From an uncultured Rhizobium sp. (GTDB taxonomy: Bacteria > Pseudomonadota > Alphaproteobacteria > Rickettsiales > UBA1997), in NCBI GenBank assembly GCA_964452075.1, contig CAYVKI010000005.1, forward strand, positions 1 through 39,272: DNA of 39,272 nucleotides. The letters are read 5' to 3'. The position numbers and the translations under genes were made by a program. Below, piece by piece: positions 1 to 9,800 of the stretch. Below the pieces are notes generated by a model. That model was not told the DNA's origin. It worked only from the letters and a program-made list of their open reading frames with translations, and did no database searches. Every line of letters begins with the position of its first letter. Within the stretch, counting starts at the first letter, position 1.

Positions 1-86
1 AATTTTTACCAAAAAGACGAAGTTAATGTGATCAATAGATTTATGTTTTGGTATATAGATTTTTAGTTTGGTATAAACGCTTCGCT

Positions 87-1475
87 TTAATTTTTTTTAG
101 CGTTTAAAGCACTTCTTTTATATCCATATCCAAAATAGACTATTAAGCCAAGAATTGTCCAAACGGCAAAATATTTACCATTTTCAATCAAAAGATTGTA
201 AACCAAATAGCTGCATCCAACAATCGCAAGAGGTGCCGTGATAAAAACCGCCGGACATTTAAAAGAGCGTGGACGCTCTGGCTCTCTAACTCGCAGAACT
301 ATAACTCCAATTGCAACAACTATAAAGGAAAACAACGTTCCTAAACTGGTAATATGGCTAAGAGTTTTAAGCGGGAATAATCCAGAAATAAAAGCAACTG
401 CAAGAGCAACCATTGCAACGCTGAAGCTTGGGGTGTTGAATTTTTTACTTAATTTAGAAAACGATTTTGGAATTAATCCATCGCGCGACATAACGAAAAA
501 TATACGAGATTGTCCGTAAATTAAGACTAATAAGACCGATGTTATTCCCGCAACTGCTCCAGTAGCAACAAGTGCTGACCCAATATTGCTACCATTTTCG
601 CGCAGAGCTCTTGCCAAAGGCTCAGGATTGTTTAATGATTCGTAGGGAGCGATGCCAGTTAAAACCAAAGAAACTGAGATATAAAGAACTGCACAAACTA
701 AAGCAGAAGCAATGATTCCAATTGGTAAATCTTTTTTTGGGTTTTTGCATTCTTCGGCAGCAGTTGCAACTGCATCAAAGCCAATGTAAGCATAAAAAAC
801 TGTAGCAGCCCCTATAAAAATTCCGCTAATTCCAAAAGGTGCAAAATTTGACCAATTTTCTAACTTTACCATTGGGGCGGCAGTTACAATAAAAATAAAA
901 ATTACAGCTAATTTGATGGTAACGAGAATTCGGTTTAGGGTTACGCTTTCCTTAGTTCCTCTGATAAGCAAAAAACCGATAAAAAGAGAAATTAAAATCG
1001 CGGGAACGTTGATAATTCCGCCACTAGAAGGAGATTTTGTTAAGTCGCTAGGAAGAGCAATTCCAGAGCTTTCTAATATTCCAACTACATATCCAGACCA
1101 GCCTAGAGCAACAGTTGCAGCCCCTACCCCATATTCAAGAACAAGACCCCAACCAACAAGCCAAGCAACAAATTCACCTAATACGGCGTAAGAATAGGTA
1201 TAAGCACTACCAGAAACTGGCACCATTGATGCTAATTCCGCATAAGCAAGACCAGCGAAAATGCAGACTATGGCAGCTATTAAATATGAAATTGAAATAG
1301 CGGGACCGGCATAAGTTGCGGCAGCAACTCCCGTGATAACAAAAATTCCCGTTCCGATGGTGCATCCAATGCCTAACATCACAAGGTCAAACGCGCCAAG
1401 AGTTTTTTTAAAAGAATTTTTGTTAGATAAGGCAACTAGATCTTCGATACTCTTTTTGCGAAACAGATTAAGCAT
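87..1475 (-). CDS. APC-superfamily amino acid permease (cationic amino acid transporter-like), paralog 1
   Basis: 462-aa ORF that is hydrophobic along its whole length. It has the N-terminal FDLVMLGIGCTIGTGIFV motif and the AEECKNPKKDLPIGI motif typical of APC/CAT-type permeases. An 8-nt gap separates it from a closely related paralog. Confidence 0.9.
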   Translation of the reverse strand: MLNLFRKKSIEDLVALSNKNSFKKTLGAFDLVMLGIGCTIGTGIFVITGVAAATYAGPAISISYLIAAIVCIFAGLAYAELASMVPVSGSAYTYSYAVLGEFVAWLVGWGLVLEYGVGAATVALGWSGYVVGILESSGIALPSDLTKSPSSGGIINVPAILISLFIGFLLIRGTKESVTLNRILVTIKLAVIFIFIVTAAPMVKLENWSNFAPFGISGIFIGAATVFYAYIGFDAVATAAEECKNPKKDLPIGIIASALVCAVLYISVSLVLTGIAPYESLNNPEPLARALRENGSNIGSALVATGAVAGITSVLLVLIYGQSRIFFVMSRDGLIPKSFSKLSKKFNTPSFSVAMVALAVAFISGLFPLKTLSHITSLGTLFSFIVVAIGVIVLRVREPERPRSFKCPAVFITAPLAIVGCSYLVYNLLIENGKYFAVWTILGLIVYFGYGYKRSALNAKKN

Positions 1476-1483
1476 TTCTTAGA

Positions 1484-2869
1484 TTAATTTTTCTTGTTCA
1501 AAGGGCTTTTGCGGTAAGTGTAAGCGAAATATACTACAACACTTAAAGTAAACCAAATTAGAGAAAGATTGCCAGTTTTTACAAATAATTGATAAAGCAG
1601 AAAACCACAGCTTAAAACTGCCAAAGTACCGACAACAAAAACAGCTGGACATTTAAAAGGTCTTTCAGCATTTGGCTTGGTTATGCGTAAAACCATAACT
1701 GCAATTGCAACCATTACAAAAGCGAATAATGTTCCGAGACTACAAAGATCTCCCATCACTTCAATTGGCGTAAAACCAGAAACTAATGCCGCCACAATGG
1801 CAACAAACGCACAACCAAATGAAGGAGTGTCAAATCTTTTACTTAATTTGCTAAATGCTTCTGGCAATAAACCATCGCGAGACATAACGAAAAATATACG
1901 TGATTGGCTATACATAAAAACTAGCAACACAGCCATTAATCCAGCGAGAGTTCCAGTTGCAACTAATGCGGATCCTATGTTGCTACCGTTCACCCGTAAA
2001 GCATAAGCCATTGGTTCTGCGTTATTTAACGTTGTGTAATGTGTAATTCCGGTAAGAACCAAAGAAACAACAAGATAAACCACTGCACAAATCAATAAGC
2101 CGCCAATTATACCAATTGGCAAATCGCGATTTGGATTTTTACATTCTTCTGCAGTTGTAGCGATTGAATCAAAACCAAGATATGCAAAGAAAATTGCTGC
2201 CGCGCCAATCATTACTCCATTCCAACCAAATGGCAAAAATTCAGCATAGTTTTCCATTTTAATGTGTGGAGCGGCAAGAGTTAAAAATAGAAAAATGACA
2301 GCAAATTTAACCGCAACCAAAATTCGAGTAACTACCAAACTCTCTTTCGTACCGCGAATTAGCAAAACTCCTATTGATAAGCATATTAAAGCCGCTGGCA
2401 GATTAATTAACCCACCTTCAGAAGGAACTTTAGTTAAATATTCTGGCAGCAAAACCCCTGCACTTTTTAAAATTCCGACAAAATAAGCCGACCATCCAGC
2501 TGCAACTGTTGAAGCGGTTAGAGAATATTCTAAAACCAATCCCCAAGCAACAAGCCAAGCAACGAACTCGCCAAGTGCGACATAAGTAAAAGTGTAGGCA
2601 CTTCCAGCAACTGGAATCATTACAGCTAATTCAGAGTAAGCTAGTGCCGCAAAAATACATACAATTCCAGAGAATAAGTAAGACAGAGAAATTCCTGGGC
2701 CAGCATATTTAGCGGCAGCAACTCCGGTTAAAACAAAAATTCCTCCACCAATAATACAGCCAATTGCTAAAATAATTAGGTCAAAAGCGGTTAATGTTTT
2801 TTTAAGTGAATTTTTCTTTGCGCTGGAAAGAGTGTTTTCAAGAGTTTTTTTTCTAAATATTGACTTCAT
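1484..2869 (-). CDS. APC-superfamily amino acid permease, paralog 2
   Basis: 461-aa ORF collinear with the neighbouring permease over its full length. It carries the same motifs (FDLIILAIGCIIGGGIFV, AEECKNPNRDLPIGI). Confidence 0.9.
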   Translation of the reverse strand: MKSIFRKKTLENTLSSAKKNSLKKTLTAFDLIILAIGCIIGGGIFVLTGVAAAKYAGPGISLSYLFSGIVCIFAALAYSELAVMIPVAGSAYTFTYVALGEFVAWLVAWGLVLEYSLTASTVAAGWSAYFVGILKSAGVLLPEYLTKVPSEGGLINLPAALICLSIGVLLIRGTKESLVVTRILVAVKFAVIFLFLTLAAPHIKMENYAEFLPFGWNGVMIGAAAIFFAYLGFDSIATTAEECKNPNRDLPIGIIGGLLICAVVYLVVSLVLTGITHYTTLNNAEPMAYALRVNGSNIGSALVATGTLAGLMAVLLVFMYSQSRIFFVMSRDGLLPEAFSKLSKRFDTPSFGCAFVAIVAALVSGFTPIEVMGDLCSLGTLFAFVMVAIAVMVLRITKPNAERPFKCPAVFVVGTLAVLSCGFLLYQLFVKTGNLSLIWFTLSVVVYFAYTYRKSPLNKKN

Positions 2870-2910
2870 TACGACTCGGATTTTCTATTAAAATTATAAT
2901 TTTATTAACT

Positions 2911-3939
2911 TTATTCGTTGGCAGATAAAGCGTCATCAGCAACCTGTTTACTGATTATTCCCTTCATAAGTAAATCATTCACAGAATCTTTCATCAGGCA
3001 CATGCCAGATTTTTTACTAAGCTCTATTATTGAATTCATTTGAGGAATTTTATCTTCACGAATTAAATTTCGAATTGAAGAATTTGCGATCATAATTTCA
3101 TAAGCGGCACATCTACCTCCGCCCTCTTTTTTCAAAAGTCGTTGCGAAACAACAGCTTTAATCGAAGTTGAAAGCATCGTGCGTATAACTGGCTTGTCTT
3201 CAGATGGAAATACGTCGATAATTCTGTTAATTGTTTGAGCGGCAGAGCTAGTGTGAAGAGTTCCAAGAACTAAATGCCCAGTTTCTGCAGCGGTTAATGC
3301 AAGATGCACTGTTTCAACGTCACGCAGCTCTCCAACCAAAATAACATCAGGATCTTCTCTTAATGCACTTTTTAACGCGTTAGAAAAAGAAATCGTACTA
3401 CTTCCCACTTCTCGTTGATTGATTAATGATTTTTTATTTTTGTGAACAAATTCTACCGGATCTTCAATTGTAATGATGTGATGCGCGGAGTTAGAATTAA
3501 TTTGATCAATTAAAGCGGCAAGAGTAGTTGATTTTCCACTTCCCGTAGGCCCAACAACCAAAACCAAGCCTTTTTTAAAAGAAGCCATGCTGCTAATAAT
3601 TTCTGGAGCGTTGAGCTTTAAAAGACTTTTTATTTCAGTTGGAATTTCACGAAATACTGCCGCTGGTCCGTAGATTGTACGAAATGCATTCACACGAAAA
3701 CGCAAATCCCCAGTTACTTTAATAGAAAAATCTAGCTCTAATTTTTCAGCATAGGTTTTTTTCTGAACATCATTCATGATTGAATTCAGCATCGCCATTA
3801 CAGCGTTTTCATCTAAAACAGGCGCATCAGGAATAATGGAAATATCGCCGTCAACACGCAACATAGGAGGAGATCCTGTTGAAATATGAATGTCAGAACA
3901 TTTCTGCTTTTTGGCGTAGACAAGAATTTTTTCTATCAT
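2911..3939 (-). CDS. pilT: Type IV pilus retraction ATPase PilT (twitching motility protein)
   Basis: 342 aa. Walker A GPTGSGKSTT, the TIEDPVEF and LREDPDVILVGELRD boxes, a His box (GHLVLGTLHT) and the PilT-signature SIRNLIRE (AIRNLIRE-like). Confidence 0.9.
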   Translation of the reverse strand: MIEKILVYAKKQKCSDIHISTGSPPMLRVDGDISIIPDAPVLDENAVMAMLNSIMNDVQKKTYAEKLELDFSIKVTGDLRFRVNAFRTIYGPAAVFREIPTEIKSLLKLNAPEIISSMASFKKGLVLVVGPTGSGKSTTLAALIDQINSNSAHHIITIEDPVEFVHKNKKSLINQREVGSSTISFSNALKSALREDPDVILVGELRDVETVHLALTAAETGHLVLGTLHTSSAAQTINRIIDVFPSEDKPVIRTMLSTSIKAVVSQRLLKKEGGGRCAAYEIMIANSSIRNLIREDKIPQMNSIIELSKKSGMCLMKDSVNDLLMKGIISKQVADDALSANE

Positions 3940-3945
3940 GATTGG

Positions 3946-4806
3946 CTATATTTTGTTTCTTAGGGTTTTTAGTCGTTCTTGAAGTTTTTCAATGTCAATC
4001 GAAGAGTTTTGGCTTGAGTGCTTTTCTTCGACTTGTGTATACAAATCAATTGCTTTTTCAACTTGAGAGGTTTTGTCGTAAGCAACCGCTAAATTATATT
4101 TATATTCCAAATTATCAGGCTCGATGACAGAAGATCTTTCAAGAAGTTCAACGGCCTTTTGATAGTCTTTATTTTTATCATAAGCTAAAGCTGCTTGAGC
4201 AAGAATATATGCCGAATCTGGATTTTGCGTTGTAAGTCTAGAAAGTAGATAAGTCGCATCTTTTGGAGATTCATCAATCAAAATAGAAAGCAAATTTCCA
4301 ATGATTTCTTGTTGGTTGTCTGGATTTAATTTTAACAAATCTCTGTATAAAGTTTTTGCCTGACTGGTTTGACCAAGTTTTTGATAAACAACCGCTAAAG
4401 AAAATTTACTGTAAATATTGTTTGGCTCTTCAGCTATAACTTGTTTATAAAGCTCAACAGCAATTTCATATTGTCCAACAAGGGCGGCGTTATAAGCCAA
4501 TTTTTCTTTTTCTCTTAAGTCAAAATTTTCTGCCTTCGGATCAACAACTATAATTTCTATCTCGCTTTTCTTTTCTGGAGATTCTTGCTCGCCCGCGCTT
4601 ATTGTGAAGTCGCTAGTTTTTGAAGATTTTCTTTTTTTATAAACATCTATTTTTTCACGAGATTCTTTATCAAAAAGCAAAGTTTTTTCTATTTCTTTTA
4701 CAACATCAGTTGTGCTCGAAATTTCGGATGCCGAAACTGAAAAAGAAAGGCTTTGAAAAGAAATTAATAATGTAAGAATAGCAAAGATTTTTGAGCCGTT
4801 AAACAT
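3946..4806 (-). CDS. Exported tetratricopeptide-repeat (TPR) protein
   Basis: The N-terminus MFNGSKIFAILTLLISFQSLSFSVSA looks like a Sec signal peptide. The C-terminal two thirds contain repeated A-x-x-Y-x-x-A...P-(D/N)N TPR-like units. The stop codon lies 6 nt upstream of the pilT start, so co-transcription is likely. Confidence 0.75.
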   Translation of the reverse strand: MFNGSKIFAILTLLISFQSLSFSVSASEISSTTDVVKEIEKTLLFDKESREKIDVYKKRKSSKTSDFTISAGEQESPEKKSEIEIIVVDPKAENFDLREKEKLAYNAALVGQYEIAVELYKQVIAEEPNNIYSKFSLAVVYQKLGQTSQAKTLYRDLLKLNPDNQQEIIGNLLSILIDESPKDATYLLSRLTTQNPDSAYILAQAALAYDKNKDYQKAVELLERSSVIEPDNLEYKYNLAVAYDKTSQVEKAIDLYTQVEEKHSSQNSSIDIEKLQERLKTLRNKI

Positions 4807-5009
4807 AGAGGAATAATTTGGAGAAATTTTTAAAATCTTTAAGAGGGTGAACTTTTATTTTTGAAAAAATAAAAAATAAAGAAATGAAACTGATTAAAAA
4901 TTTAATAAAAAATTCTGAGCTTTTTTAAGAACCATCGAAGCAAAAAATATTGATCGCAGTAGCTAGAATTTTTTCCAGAAAAAAATCAAAAGACAGGATT
5001 TGCGACTTT

Positions 5010-6890
5010 TTACTTTGGCGTATTTTTAACCTTATTTTTAACATATATCACAACAGCCATTATTGCTGCAGGAGTAATTCCCTGAATTTTAGAAGCTGCT
5101 GAAATTGTTGCTGGTCGAAATTTGTTTAATTTTTCACGAACTTCTGAAGATAAACTTTCAATTTTTGAATAATCGAGATCCAAAGGAAGTTTAACATTTT
5201 CGTCGCGACGGAAAATTTCTAAATCACGTTCTTGGCGTTTTAAATAAGAGTTATAAAGTGCGTTGATTGAAATTTGTTTTTGAACTTTTTCTTCAATTTC
5301 CGAAATTTCTTTTGGCCATATTTTTGAAATAACCTCAAAACTAATTTCTGGAAAAGAAAGCAGTTGGAAGGCGTTTCTAACTATGCCATCTTGTTTTATA
5401 TTTACGCCAAACTCAGCCAGTTTATTTGGTGAAATTTTTAAATTTTCTAAAGATTTGGTTGCAGATTCGATTTTGTTTTTCTTCTCATTAAAAAATTTCT
5501 CGCGCTCACTTTTTACAGCACCAATTTTTATTCCCAATTCTGTTAAGCGAAAATCAGCATTATCAGCGCGCAAACTCAAACGATATTCGGCACGAGATGT
5601 TAACATGCGATAAGGTTCAGAAGTTCCTAAAGTTGTTAAGTCGTCAATCATAACGCCAATGTAGCTGTTAGAGCGATCTAAAACAAATTCTTGCGAAGAT
5701 TTATTTGCAACCAGAGCCGCATTAATTCCAGCAATCAATCCCTGCCCCGCCGCTTCTTCATAACCAGTTGTGCCGTTAATTTGACCAGCGAAGAAAAGCC
5801 CGCGAATTTTTTTAGTTTCAAGGGTTGGCAAAAGCTCGCGCGGATCAACAAAATCATATTCAATGGCATATCCAGCTTGAGTAACTTGGCAATTTTCTAA
5901 TCCGGGAATTGATCTCAAAAATTCAATTTGAACATCAAGTGGCAGAGAAGTTGAAATGCCATTTGGATAAATTAAATCGCTATCCAAACCTTCTGGTTCT
6001 AAAAAAATTTGATGACGTTCTTTGTCATAAAAACGGTGAATTTTATCTTCAATTGAAGGGCAATAACGCGGCCCAGTTCCAGAAATATGACCGCCATACA
6101 TTGCAGATTTTTGCAGATTATTTTTGATGATTTTGTGAGTTTTAAAGTTGGTGTAAGTTATAAAACAGCTTGTTTGCGGAGCAAAAACTTCGCTGTTTAA
6201 ATAAGAAAATGGTTGCGGAGGATTGTCTCCTGCTTGCTCCTCAAGATTTGTAAAATCAATTGAGTTTTTATTTATGCGTGGCGGAGTTCCGGTTTTGAGG
6301 CGAGAAAGAGCAAAATTATAATTTTCTAACATTTTTGAAATGCCGCAAGATGGCTCTTCGCCAACCCGACCAGCGGGAGTTTTTTGATCACCAATGTGAA
6401 TAACTCCGCGCAAAAATGTTCCCGTGGTGAGAATTACTGTTGCAGATTTTATGATTTTGCCATTTTGCAAAACCACTCCACAAACAACCCCGTCTTCAAC
6501 TTTAATGTCTTCAACTGAAGCAAAGGCGATTTCAAGATTTTGATAATTTTCCAGAATTTTATTGATCGCTTTTTTGTAAAGCTTGCGATCAGCTTGAGCT
6601 CGTGGCGAATGAACCGCCGCACCTTTTGAAGCGTTTAAAATGCGAAAATGAATTCCCGCCTCATCAATTGCTTTCGCCATCACGCCATCAAGCGCATCTA
6701 TTTCTTTAACAATAGTTCCCTTTGCAACTCCGCCAATAGCTGGATTGCAAGACATTTCACCTAAATTATCGGGTTTTTTAGTGATGAGTAAAGTTTCAAC
6801 CCCCATTCTAGCGGCAGCACAAGCCGCCTCTATTCCAGCATGTCCCGCTCCAATTACGATGGTGTTGTAAGATTGTTTGACGAGAGACAT
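5010..6890 (-). CDS. mnmG: tRNA uridine 5-carboxymethylaminomethyl modification enzyme MnmG (GidA)
   Basis: 626 aa. FAD-binding N-terminus VIGAGHAGIEAACAAARMG plus the SCNPAIGG, GPRYCPSIEDK and FFAGQINGTTGYEEAA motifs. Confidence 0.95.
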   Translation of the reverse strand: MSLVKQSYNTIVIGAGHAGIEAACAAARMGVETLLITKKPDNLGEMSCNPAIGGVAKGTIVKEIDALDGVMAKAIDEAGIHFRILNASKGAAVHSPRAQADRKLYKKAINKILENYQNLEIAFASVEDIKVEDGVVCGVVLQNGKIIKSATVILTTGTFLRGVIHIGDQKTPAGRVGEEPSCGISKMLENYNFALSRLKTGTPPRINKNSIDFTNLEEQAGDNPPQPFSYLNSEVFAPQTSCFITYTNFKTHKIIKNNLQKSAMYGGHISGTGPRYCPSIEDKIHRFYDKERHQIFLEPEGLDSDLIYPNGISTSLPLDVQIEFLRSIPGLENCQVTQAGYAIEYDFVDPRELLPTLETKKIRGLFFAGQINGTTGYEEAAGQGLIAGINAALVANKSSQEFVLDRSNSYIGVMIDDLTTLGTSEPYRMLTSRAEYRLSLRADNADFRLTELGIKIGAVKSEREKFFNEKKNKIESATKSLENLKISPNKLAEFGVNIKQDGIVRNAFQLLSFPEISFEVISKIWPKEISEIEEKVQKQISINALYNSYLKRQERDLEIFRRDENVKLPLDLDYSKIESLSSEVREKLNKFRPATISAASKIQGITPAAIMAVVIYVKNKVKNTPK

Positions 6891-6895
6891 TTTAA

Positions 6896-9800
6896 TTAGT
6901 AAAGTCTAAGAAAAGATCCTACAGCCCCAAGAACGTCTGGTAATTTTTCAGCGACTTTTTTAGTATACTTACCCATTATTTTGTTGCGATGTTTACTGTG
7001 AGTATCCTTAGTAGATTTCACCCCATCATTATCTTTTATTGTAGATTTCACCCCATCATTAGCTTTTATTGTAGATTTCGTTCTCTGCTCAGAATCTGAT
7101 TCGTTAGGTTGTAGAATTTTTCTCGCCTCTCTTCCTTTAGTTAATGGGTAACATGATATAGGCACAAAGGATAATTTAGGAGTTATCCCGTCGAGTGTTT
7201 TTTTAGCTAAAGTATCTTCTAAAGCTTTACAAAGTTCTCGTGATTTTGTTCTATCTTTCATTGGGGGGGCATTTACTTGTAAATGCACTTTTTTTACTCC
7301 GTTTTTTTCCAGAAAATCCAGCAACTCTTTATCATTTCCATGTTCGAGCTTAGATTGTTCAGAGCTAAAAAAGGAGCGATTCGCTCCAAAAGGAACTTCT
7401 TTTAAATCGGCATCTTTATCAAGAAGGTTTCTTAAATATATTGTATGAGTATTTTCTGGATACCACTTTTTATCATTACCGCGCTTCATCTTAACAACAA
7501 GATCAAATTCTTTTCCCAACGGTAATATGCTATCAAACTTATTTTCATTGTCGGTGGCTTTTTCATCAATTGCCTTTTCCACTTTTGCAAGAGTTACGCA
7601 AGGGGTTGTGCGACCCTCAAACAAAACTGCTGTTTTGCGCTCACCACCAATCATTGAAATGGCGCTAACACTCAAAGTTTCATAACGTTTTTTATTATGA
7701 TCACTTAATTCACTGACTGATTTTGGCTGATATTTTCCATTTTTATCAATGTAAAAAACCGTGCTTTTGTCAAAAATAAGATCACCGGCTTTATGCTTTT
7801 CCGTCTTAAATTTTCCAGAATCATAAACTGGATAATCTGCGTTTGCAGAAGCCAATTCTACCTTTACGTAATATTTTGTTCCAGGCTCTGTTCCACGCAC
7901 TTCAATATAAGAGATTTTTTCTCCATCATAGGGCCCTTCACCACCTTTCAAACCTTTGAAAGTCACTGTAGCAATATTTTCATCTCCTTCCGATCTTCTG
8001 TAAGACAATCCATCATACCTTCCAGTCCAACCGTCTACATTATTTAAAAAATGATCAAATCTTTCCTTCTTTTTTCCACGCAGATCAAAATCTTCATAAT
8101 AAATATTGGAATTTTTTATAATGTTTTTTTCACGCTCAGAATAGCCAAGATCAACACATTTTAAATCTTCATCAACTTCTTTGTAGCTGGCTCTTGTTCG
8201 TAACTCATTTTTTCTTTCTGGAGTTATTTTTTTGATTTGTTCATCAAGTTTTTCTTTGGTAAAAAAATCTTTCTGACCTGGTAATGTATAATTTAGTAAC
8301 TCTTCCACAGCCTCAGATCTAGTTGGAAAAAACTCTTTTAGCATCTCCAAACATTCTTTACGCCCAGATTCCGAAAGAGTGCTATTATCGTAATTTAAAA
8401 GATTTGGGTCTTTTGCTATTTTATTGATAAAAGCTAAAAAAGGATCTTTCATATCTTTTCGCTTTATGTGATCTTTTTCTGATACCACAAGACCAGCTTC
8501 ATCGATTTTATTCGCATATTTTGTAAAAATATTATCAAAATATATTTCGAGTTGCCTATCTCTAAAATTGGCGTTTGGATAATTCGGATTGTTAACAGCT
8601 TTAATTATCTTCAAAAAATCCACTTCAGACTCAAAGATATTCAAAGCTTTTTCTGATTTTTTCCAATCTGTCCAAGCTTTTGTTGAGTTGCCATTGAGAG
8701 AATTTTCGGCATTTTTTAACATTCTAACAAAACGACATTTTTCTGGATCGTCTAAATAATTTGGATTTTCTCTAAGTTTTTGGTATTCGCCCCCTAATGA
8801 AAAACCATTATGATGAAGTATGTCTAATCGAGCTTCAGCCTCAAGTGATTTTTGAAACTCAACTTCAGATTCTTTTAATATCTGTTTAAAGGCCGATTCA
8901 GAAACAATTTTGGTTGAAATTCCATGTTGCGGAGAAGAAAAAACCAAATGATGCTCGATCGATTTATCGCTTTTTTCGACCTTAACCATAGTCATCGAAG
9001 GGTTTCTGTATCTTGCAAAACCTCTGGCGTCGTCTAAATGATCATTAAGAATTTTAATTGCAGGTTTTTCACCTTCAGATTTGTAATTAACGACAAAAGA
9101 ACCGCTATTTCTATATAAGGTTATTGGCGTTTTTGAACCAGAACCCTTAAGCTGAAAAATATAAGAAGCATTTTGCCTATTATTTTCATCAAGAATTTCG
9201 GTATATTTTCCAGAATAGCCGTAGTCTTTCTGCAATTCAGAAACAGAAATTTGTATTTCGTCAAAATCTTCATCTGTTTGCGTACTTTTGTCTACTTTCG
9301 CAGCTTCTGTTTGTGTACTTCGGACAACCGTTTTCGGATTTTTATCCGTTTCTGTTTCTGTAGCAAGAGGGATGCTTGAACTATCATTTGTTAGAAATTG
9401 ATGATCTTCAGAATGTAAGTTCGCTGGATTAGGATTAGGATTATATTTAGTTTTAACTCCACCGAATGGATCGTTCCCGCCAGAGCTTGGTTGGTAAAAA
9501 GTTTGGTCATTAGGTTGTTTTGATGAATTACCTAAGGTAGCTGCACCGAGTAGGTACTCCGTTGAACTGCGTTTGGAAGAAGTTTCATCATCATATTCCG
9601 TTTGCTCAGGGGGTTTTTTATAGAGAGAAGTTCTGTCATCAAACTTTGTTAATCCTTTAGAAGTCTCTGCGCTTCCTCTATTAAAAATTCCACTCCTAAC
9701 TTCGCGTGAATTAGAATTTCGTTTGACATCCAAACTTCGTTGGGAAGAAATTTCCTCATCTAAAATTAGTTGAGGATGTTCAGAAACTTCAGACTCTCCC

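Noticed and set aside
4807-5009. The 200-bp spacer between mnmG and the TPR gene as a hiding place for a small RNA or tRNA, along with the other spacers
   Set aside because: The spacer is very AT-rich with A/T runs. It has no cloverleaf-compatible GC stems and no conserved ffs, ssrA or rnpB motifs. It most likely holds the promoter region for the TPR-pilT unit and the end of the mnmG transcript.
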